From Terriglobia bacterium (GTDB lineage: Bacteria; Acidobacteriota; Terriglobia; Acidiferrales; UBA7541), in assembly GCA_963695545.1 (NCBI GenBank), contig OY968796.1, positions 2,944,001 through 3,008,000 of the forward strand: a stretch of DNA of 64,000 nt, given 5' to 3'. A program made the position numbers and the translations under genes. Position 1 is the first letter of the stretch; each line of letters opens with the position of its first letter. The notes beneath the pieces were generated by a model. The model worked only from the letters and a program-made list of their open reading frames with translations, made no database searches and had not been told where the DNA came from. This document shows, in pieces, positions 57,518 to 64,000 of the stretch.

Positions 57518-59707
57518 ATGTTGCGCTCCAAACTGTCTCGCGCGCGAATCGCGCTCTGTCTTGGCACTGGCGCGATAATCGCGGTTGCCGCTCTCGCACA
57601 ATCGAGCAATCAATCCGGTCCGCCGCCCACGCCGCGCCACGACGTCACCGAAGCCTTCTTCGGCCAAACCGTCACCGATCCCTATCGCTGGCTCGAGAAC
57701 TGGCATGACGCCGACGTCGCGGCGTGGTTCAAGGCTCAGAACGACTACACGCGCGCCGCGCTGGCCGCCATTCCCGGCCGCGAAAAGTTCCTCGCGCGGG
57801 TTAAGGAGCTCGATACCGAGAACACGGGCGTGCGCAGCGCGCAGGTTTGGGGTGGCAAGATTTTTTACCTCAAGACCGCAGCCGGCGCCAATAATGCCAA
57901 GCTGTTTGTCGAGGATTCCGCCGGCTCGCCCGAGCGCTTGCTCATCGATCCCGAGCAGCTCACGAAAGACGGCGTGCATTACTCGATCGACTACTTTGCG
58001 CCTTCGCTCGACGGTGCGCTCGTGGCTTACGGAATTTCTCCCGGTGGATCCGAAGAGAGCGTGATTCACGTCCTCGAAACCGCCACCGGCAAGCAGTTGG
58101 CAGACGCGATTGACCGCTGCCGTTTTGGCGGAGTTCAATGGCTGCCGGGCGACAAATCGTTCCTCTACAACCGGCTCCAGAAGCTCACTCCAGACATGCC
58201 CAGCACTGCTTTTGAACAGCGCAGTCGTGTGTATCTCCACGAACTGGGCCAAGATCCCGATAGCGATCGCTTCGTGTTCGGCTACGGATATTCCGACGAC
58301 CTAAAGATCGCTGATGTCGACCTGAGTTTCGGTTTGTTCTCCCCCGCGTCGCCGTACATTTTCGGAATCGTGGCGCACGGTACGCAAAGAGAACAGACCG
58401 CCCACTACGTTCCGCTCGACGAACTGAACTCGCCGGCCATCAAGTGGAAAAAGCTCTTCGACGTCGAAGACGACGTGGTGAACTTCGACGTCCATCATGA
58501 CGACGTCTACCTGATCTCGCACAAGCGAAGCCCGCGCTATGACGTTGTCCGTGCCAGCCTCAAAAGTCCGGATCTCGAGCACGCGCCCGTCGTTGTGCCC
58601 GCAAGCGAATCCGTGATCCTGGAGGCCGACGTCGCCACGGACGGAATCTACATTCGCGATCTCGACGGCGGAATCGGGCGCATCCGGCGCCTCTCGTACG
58701 ACGGGCGAATCGAATCGATACCCGTGGCCGAAGGGCAATCCGTCACGGATATTTCGGTCACGCCAAGCGAGGCTGGTGCGCTGATCCACGTCGCCTCGTG
58801 GACCACCTCGCCGAAATGGCTGGCGTACGACGCACAACGCAAGACCTCGAGCGATACCGGAATTCAACCGCCGTCACCCATCGATACGTCGGCCTTTGAA
58901 TCCGTCGAAGTAAAGGCCAAGAGCGCCGACGGAACAATGGTTCCGCTCTCCATTATCCGCGCCAAGAACATCGTGTTGGATGGCACTCATCCCACTCATT
59001 TGGTCGGATACGGCGCCTATGGTATCTCCATGGATCCGGCGTTCGCGCCGTATCGGGTGGCTTGGCTCGAGCGCGGAGGCGTGATCGCCGTCGCCCACGT
59101 TCGCGGCGGCGGAGAATACGGGCAGGAGTGGTATCACGCGGGCTACAAGCTGACAAAGCAGCACACCATCGATGACTTCATCGCCTGCGCCCAATATCTG
59201 ATTAAAAACAAATACACCAGTCCCGCACACCTTTCCGGTGAAGGAACCAGCGCCGGCGGAATTCTGATCGGAGGCGCCATCACGCAGCGCCCCGATCTGT
59301 TTGCCGGAGCGCTGATCCGCGTTGGTCTCTCTGACGCGCTCCGCGCGGAGTTCACGCCGAATGGCCCGCCGAACATCGCCGAGTTCGGCACCGTCACCGA
59401 TCCCGATGGCTTCAAAGGTCTCTACGCGATGGACGCGTATCAGCACGTCAAAGACGGCGTGGCGTACCCGGGCGTTCTGTTGACCGCCGGAATCAACGAT
59501 CCGCGCGTCGATCCCTCGCAGCCCGCGAAGATGACGGCGCGTTTGCAGGCCGCGACTTCGAGCCATAGACCGATTCTGCTTCGCGTGAACTACGACGCGG
59601 GCCACGGTTTTGGTTCTACGCGAGCGCAGAACGACTTGGAGTATGCCGACGAAATGTCGTTCTTGCTTTGGCAGGACGGCGATCCGGAATTTCAGCCGGC
59701 ACACTAA
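57518..59707 (+). CDS. Secreted prolyl oligopeptidase (S9A)
   Basis: Signal peptide, DPYRWLE, VRGGGEYG, GTSAGG nucleophile, NDPRV, AGHG. Confidence 0.95.
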   Translation: MLRSKLSRARIALCLGTGAIIAVAALAQSSNQSGPPPTPRHDVTEAFFGQTVTDPYRWLENWHDADVAAWFKAQNDYTRAALAAIPGREKFLARVKELDTENTGVRSAQVWGGKIFYLKTAAGANNAKLFVEDSAGSPERLLIDPEQLTKDGVHYSIDYFAPSLDGALVAYGISPGGSEESVIHVLETATGKQLADAIDRCRFGGVQWLPGDKSFLYNRLQKLTPDMPSTAFEQRSRVYLHELGQDPDSDRFVFGYGYSDDLKIADVDLSFGLFSPASPYIFGIVAHGTQREQTAHYVPLDELNSPAIKWKKLFDVEDDVVNFDVHHDDVYLISHKRSPRYDVVRASLKSPDLEHAPVVVPASESVILEADVATDGIYIRDLDGGIGRIRRLSYDGRIESIPVAEGQSVTDISVTPSEAGALIHVASWTTSPKWLAYDAQRKTSSDTGIQPPSPIDTSAFESVEVKAKSADGTMVPLSIIRAKNIVLDGTHPTHLVGYGAYGISMDPAFAPYRVAWLERGGVIAVAHVRGGGEYGQEWYHAGYKLTKQHTIDDFIACAQYLIKNKYTSPAHLSGEGTSAGGILIGGAITQRPDLFAGALIRVGLSDALRAEFTPNGPPNIAEFGTVTDPDGFKGLYAMDAYQHVKDGVAYPGVLLTAGINDPRVDPSQPAKMTARLQAATSSHRPILLRVNYDAGHGFGSTRAQNDLEYADEMSFLLWQDGDPEFQPAH

Positions 59708-59875
59708 CACGATCGTGGGGCGGGCGATTGGGATCTCGCATTCGCCCGCAGCACACCATTCGCGGGGCTTCGTTTGCGTGGTTCCCGCACCGGTGCTACG
59801 CTAACCTCAATGATGCGTCTCCGGTTCCATCCGCGAGTCGCTGTCCCGGTCCATCCACCCGTAGGAAGGTGCCCC

Positions 59876-60226
59876 GTGAAATTTTCCATCAGCTACAGAA
59901 ACGTCGAATGGCATGAGCCTGTCGAATTGGTCGCCGAGCGAGCCGTCGCGAAGCTCGCTAAACTGCTGCAGCACTACCAACCTGACTTGGTTCAGTTGCA
60001 CGCGTGCATGGAACGCGTTCGCGGCAAGGACGAATTTAAATTTTCCGTGAGTCTCGCTCTTCCCTCAGCCACTTTGCATGCTACGGGTACGGCGCGCGGC
60101 ATCGCTCCCGCCGTGCGCCTCACGTTTGCCGAAATCGAAACGCAATTGAAGAAGCACACCTCGCTGCTGCGCCACGATTACCAATGGAAGCGCAAGCGAC
60201 GGCAGCCGCGCGAAGCGGTCGCCTAA
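59876..60226 (+). CDS. hpf: HPF/RaiA family ribosome-associated protein (short form)
   Basis: ~116 aa with the S30AE/HPF pattern (ISYRNVE...KLAKLL...L.LPSATLHA...F.EIE.QLKKH). GTG start with GGAAGG. Confidence 0.7.
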   Translation: MKFSISYRNVEWHEPVELVAERAVAKLAKLLQHYQPDLVQLHACMERVRGKDEFKFSVSLALPSATLHATGTARGIAPAVRLTFAEIETQLKKHTSLLRHDYQWKRKRRQPREAVA

Positions 60227-60348
60227 TTCTCCCCGCGCTGTGCGGCGCTAACGCGTTACAACTCGCGCGTTTTCGTTTGCGGAGGCGAGGCGCGTGGCGT
60301 GCATAACTCGGCGCAAATTCTCGGCAAACAGTGTGTCGGCGGCGGCCG
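60160..60348 (+). repeat. Left copy of ~190-bp diverged direct repeat (intact hpf 3' end + decayed glycosidase 5' end)
   Basis: Matches 62127-62316, e.g. CTCGCTGCTGCGCCACG, GCCGCGCGAAGCGGTCGCCTAATTCTCCCC, CGCGCGTTTTCGT, GCATAACTCGGCG. Confidence 0.9.
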
Positions 60349-60404
60349 ACTGTTGCGGGGGGTACGAACCGCGCTGGAAGTGCGTCAATGCTCGGCCGGG
60401 TATT

Positions 60405-60608
60405 TCAAGCTTCTGGAAGGCGCGCCGAAGGAGGATTGAATCTGGCCACAATCTGGTTGGCGCGCTGGCTAAAGACGGCGTATTCGCCGGGCGAATGCGC
60501 TTGAAGTTCTCGGATCCTGACCTCGGCGGATTGCAGGTCTCGAGCGGCTTCAACCCATTCGAAATTCGCGGCGTCGGTTTTCCTCAGAATGTCGAAGGCG
60601 AGCTCCAT
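60405..60608 (-). CDS. Small hypothetical protein
   Basis: MELAFDILRK....FEWVEAA.DL..A..RI.EL....PGEYAVF; GAAAGG upstream. Confidence 0.7.
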   Translation of the reverse strand: MELAFDILRKTDAANFEWVEAARDLQSAEVRIRELQAHSPGEYAVFSQRANQIVARFNPPSARLPEA

Positions 60609-60808
60609 CTCGGCACCTTTCCGTAACAAGCTGGACTGGGTGCGATGCACAGGACTCGAAACTGTTTCCGAGTCTTACGAGCCAGCCGTCCCCTCGGCCA
60701 TAATTCGATGATCGAAAAATTCTTGGTCGCTTCTAAATCGCCCTTTGAAGAGCAGCCGCCTTGCGCGTGTGCGGGGATCGCACGGCATCCCGCGTGCTGG
60801 TGACGAGG

Positions 60809-61021
60809 CTAGAGGGGAGGCTTCCCCGATTTCGGGTGCGCTGCGCATACATGGGCTGTGAACTCCTTGTCGCGGTCCCGTTCGTACTGCGCCATCATCT
60901 CGTCAAATGTGCCGCCACTGACCGGGCCCCGCGGGTTGAACATCCACGCGCATTCGGAGCAAGCCCAGCCTTGGAAATTCCGGCCTTCGACCCACACCAT
61001 TTTGCGGTTCCCCGTCACCAT
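60809..61021 (-). CDS. Small CxxC...HxC putative Zn-binding protein
   Basis: RKMVWVEGRNFQGWACSECAWMF...TFDEM...RDKEFTAHVC; homologous to the N-terminus of ORF 13571. Confidence 0.75.
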   Translation of the reverse strand: MVTGNRKMVWVEGRNFQGWACSECAWMFNPRGPVSGGTFDEMMAQYERDRDKEFTAHVCAAHPKSGKPPL

Positions 61022-61246
61022 CGCGCACCCCAAGCTTTGGCGTAGTTACGCTTCTCTGAAAAACGGCGTGGTACTGCTCGTCGCCGCCGCTAGGCTGATC
61101 GCCGCTCGTCTCATTTCTCCGAGCGAGATTCCGTATTAATCCCCGTTTATTGAATTCACCTGAGAACCAAAGTAAACGCGCACGCGCTAGAGATTAGCGA
61201 TGGGAAGAGGCTCTGTCTGTGGGGTATCCAACGGTGGCAAGAATTA

Positions 61247-62002
61247 TTATCGCAATCCGAGGTCGTCCTCGGACTGCCGAATGACCGCGTAACATTCGCA
61301 GGCGGCGTTCTGGAGTTTCCTGCGGTTCACAACTTTCACCGCACCTCGCACGTATTCGATCATGCCGCTTTTCTGCAGAACGCCCGCGGCCACGCTCACC
61401 GTGGATCGGTCCGTGCCCATCATGGTCGCAATGAAATCGTGGGTGATCGGAAGCAGCCCCAAGAGCACCCGATCCTGAGTCATCAGCAGCCACCGCGCAA
61501 GACGCTGCTGGATATTGTGCAGCCGATTGCACGCCGCGGTCTGCGCAACTTGCATCCCTTGCAGCGCTGCGTGCCTGCCCAAGATCGTGCGCAATCGCGG
61601 AGCCGACAGCAGAATCCGCTCCACCGCGCTTCCCGCGATTCGAGAGCCATCGCCGCCGACTTGAACGATCTCGCGCACCGGGCTTCTGCTCAAGCCGACT
61701 GCCAATCCCGCCCCGACACAGCCCTCGTTCCCCACCACGCCTACTTCCACGGTTCGACCGTCGTTGGTCACGACCACCTGAGAAATCATTCCCCGGTTCG
61801 GGAAATAGATGAACTCGAGTTTCTGACCGGGCTCGTGAAGACTAAGATGATCCGGCAAATCGACGTATGTCAATTCAGGGCGCATCAAATGGTATTCATG
61901 ATCGGGCGTCGCCAACAGCGCCTTATTGCTTACCGGCTTGCCATCGATAGTGGTCCGTTCGCCCGATCGTGTGGCTGAAGTGTTTTTTCGACTCATGACC
62001 AT
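61247..62002 (-). CDS. Crp/Fnr family transcriptional regulator
   Basis: N..LL..., IYFP..GMIS, VEVGVVGNEG.VG, QTAACNRLH...QRLARWLL, LPITHDFIA.MMG..R..VS.AA..LQ..G.I.Y.RG, CECY. Confidence 0.93.
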   Translation of the reverse strand: MVMSRKNTSATRSGERTTIDGKPVSNKALLATPDHEYHLMRPELTYVDLPDHLSLHEPGQKLEFIYFPNRGMISQVVVTNDGRTVEVGVVGNEGCVGAGLAVGLSRSPVREIVQVGGDGSRIAGSAVERILLSAPRLRTILGRHAALQGMQVAQTAACNRLHNIQQRLARWLLMTQDRVLLGLLPITHDFIATMMGTDRSTVSVAAGVLQKSGMIEYVRGAVKVVNRRKLQNAACECYAVIRQSEDDLGLR

Positions 62003-62091
62003 CCTGGATGGCGCGAAAGTGCCTTGCCACCATTCGGCGAAACTTCGCTGGCTCTGAGAGCCAATTTCAATTCAAGCAGAAAACCGGTCAA

Positions 62092-62119
62092 TGATCTGTG
62101 CGAAATGGAACATAGATCA
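62092..62119. promoter_or_regulatory. Palindrome upstream of the crp-like gene, candidate operator
   Basis: TGATCTGTG-N10-CATAGATCA (8/9 inverted match). Confidence 0.45.
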
Positions 62120-62126
62120 AAAACAA

Positions 62127-62316
62127 CTCGCTGCTGCGCCACGGTTATCAACGGAAACGCACGCGCAGGGCGGCCGCGCGAAGCGGTCGCCTAATTCTCC
62201 CCTCGCTCGAGGACGCTAACGCGCTACAATACGCGCGTTTTCGTATGTGGAGGCGGAGCCTTTGGCGCGCATAACTCGGCGTAAATTTCTGGCGAATAGT
62301 GCGTCGGCCGCCGCCG
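62127..62316 (+). repeat. Right copy of ~190-bp direct repeat (decayed hpf 3' end + intact glycosidase start)
   Basis: Matches 60160-60348 as described there. Confidence 0.9.
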
Positions 62317-63875
62317 GAGCGATCGCGCTCGGCGCTTCGCCGTGGCCCGCACGCGCTTGGGCGCAAACTGTAGCGACCGGTCCCGATCTCACCGGCTTCG
62401 CGCCGCCGGAATTTACCACCGACAACGCCGCGCTCGACGCCTCTTATCGACACGCGCTCAAAGTTCTCGCGAGCAACGTCACGACCGTTCTCAAATTCCC
62501 CGATCCCGTTTTGATCGAAGGCAGCGTGTACCGCGGCGTTTGGCTCGAGTGCGCCCCGCAGGAAGGATTGGTCTATAGCCAGATCGCTCCCGCGCTGGGG
62601 TTCGCCAATCATCGCGTGTTTTTCGAGACGCAACGCGACGACGGCTACATTGCGTGCGACGTGAAGCCCGACGTTCTCGGCACAGGGCAAATCCAGATGG
62701 TCGTGCCCATCGCGGCGACGGCTCTCGATCTGTTCGAGACGTTCGGCGATTCCGCTTTTCTCGAAGATGCCTACGAATCGTGCGCGCGCTGGGACGCCTG
62801 GCTTGTGCGCTATCGCAACACGCGCGGCACCGGCCTCTGCGAAGGCTTCTGCACTTACGATACTGGCCAGGACAACAGTCCGCGCTGGAAAGGCATGCCG
62901 AATCGCTGTGCGGACGATGACGCTCGGCTGTGTCCCTCGGCGCCGGGCTTGCCGCGTCTCTGTCCCGATTTATCGGCGACTGTATTTGGAGGCCGCGTGG
63001 CTCTCGCGAAAATGGCGCGCATTCTCGGAAAGAACTCCGAAGCGGATGATTGGGATGCGCGGGCCGCGGCGATTCGCAAACTGATTCTCGATCGCCTGTA
63101 CGTTCCTGAAGACGCGTGCTTTTATGATTTGGATTCCGACAATAAATTCGTGCGCGTTCGCGGTGACGCCATGATTCGCGTGCTCGGCGAGCACGTGGTG
63201 GATTCAACGCTCTTTGAAGAAATTTATCGCAAGCAGATTCACAATCCCGATGCGTTCTGGGCGCCGTACCCGCTCCCTTCCATCGCGCTCGACGATTCTT
63301 CGTTCGTGCGGCCGATTCCGCGCAACTCCTGGGGCGGCGCGAGCCAGGCGCTGACGGCGTTGCGCGCGCCGCGGTGGATGGAATTCTACGGCAAGCCGGC
63401 CGATCTCGCGCACTTGATGGATCGCTGGGTAGACGCGATCGTGCGCTCGGGCGATTTTTATCAGCAACTGGATCCACTGAGCGGCGAATGCACGAAGGCC
63501 GGAGATCCCGGCGGATATTCGCCGGCGGCGCTTGTGCTGCTGGATTTCGTATGGCGGCTCTACGGCGTGCGCAAAGTGGGTGAGAGCATCGAGTGGAATT
63601 GCCGGCCGCCGGCGAACTCCGCGAAGACCGTGGCGACGATCAAGACTCCGCGCGGAACGGCGCAGTTGCAACATGCGAGCGATGGCTCCGCACTCACTTT
63701 GGCGGGCAAGCCGGTGCTGCGCGTGTTTGGCGCGGCGCGCATCGTCACCGACCTGGACGGGAAGCCAACGGCGATCGCGGGAACTTCGGATGCGGCCGTC
63801 GACGTGCGTTTAGTCTGGCCGAACGGGAAACATCGCAAGATCGCGATCGCGCCGAACGCGACGCAGGCGATTTAA
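62262..63875 (+). CDS. Tat-exported (alpha/alpha)6 glycoside hydrolase (MGH1/GH63-trehalase-like)
   Basis: Twin-arginine signal ITRRKFLA, DTGQDNSPRW, PDL.A, FYDLD, F.APYPLPS. TTG start after GGAGG. Confidence 0.8.
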   Translation: MARITRRKFLANSASAAAGAIALGASPWPARAWAQTVATGPDLTGFAPPEFTTDNAALDASYRHALKVLASNVTTVLKFPDPVLIEGSVYRGVWLECAPQEGLVYSQIAPALGFANHRVFFETQRDDGYIACDVKPDVLGTGQIQMVVPIAATALDLFETFGDSAFLEDAYESCARWDAWLVRYRNTRGTGLCEGFCTYDTGQDNSPRWKGMPNRCADDDARLCPSAPGLPRLCPDLSATVFGGRVALAKMARILGKNSEADDWDARAAAIRKLILDRLYVPEDACFYDLDSDNKFVRVRGDAMIRVLGEHVVDSTLFEEIYRKQIHNPDAFWAPYPLPSIALDDSSFVRPIPRNSWGGASQALTALRAPRWMEFYGKPADLAHLMDRWVDAIVRSGDFYQQLDPLSGECTKAGDPGGYSPAALVLLDFVWRLYGVRKVGESIEWNCRPPANSAKTVATIKTPRGTAQLQHASDGSALTLAGKPVLRVFGAARIVTDLDGKPTAIAGTSDAAVDVRLVWPNGKHRKIAIAPNATQAI

Positions 63876-64000
63876 GCATCGCGCGCGACCAGTGGCGAAC
63901 TTCTGCATCAACGGCGAATTCCATCGTAGCTAATTCTCGAACGTTGAGCGCGAGCCGGCGGGAGTTGGCGCGGAGACGTTGGTCGTGACCGGAGTTTCGA

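Noticed and set aside
63930..64000. Possible 3' end of a minus-strand gene (...ETPVTTNVSAPTPAGSRSTFEN*)
   Set aside because: Only ~22 codons are visible at the window edge and cannot be supported.

Overview
A 64-kb, GC-rich bacterial chromosomal segment. Gene content and several small protein families suggest Acidobacteriota (Terriglobia-like); this is an inference, not a database result. Housekeeping genes include a K+-independent H+-pyrophosphatase (hppA, cut by the left edge), ligA, yidD, a beta-CASP RNase facing an unusually long RNase P RNA (rnpB), aroA, nrdR, lpxL-like and lpxD genes, and hpf. Other loci are an ECF sigma/zf-HC2 anti-sigma envelope-stress operon, three tandem PilZ genes, a SpoIVB(S55)-peptidase/beta-propeller pair and two glycoside hydrolases. 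A hopanoid cluster runs shc-hpnH-hpnA-hpnG, two Zn dehydrogenases, an hpnC/hpnD fusion, hpnE. No transposase, integrase, tRNA, rRNA or CRISPR array was seen. The most unexpected signals are non-coding. (1) A dispersed ~270-450 bp element occurs three times (3661-3925 +, 11816-12267 -, 31385-31806 +). Each copy carries a sigma70-type promoter; the two long copies share a conserved upstream box and hairpin core. It is a candidate undescribed ncRNA or non-autonomous mobile element. (2) An accessory region (14.8-18.7 kb) has unrelated co-oriented genes separated by two families of short IR-bounded repeats, in a cassette-like layout. (3) A ~1.8-kb Crp/Fnr island lies between ~190-bp diverged direct repeats, and its small CxxC..HxC protein recurs next to a second Crp/Fnr gene at 13.6 kb. 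All alignments were done by eye and many start codons are best estimates.
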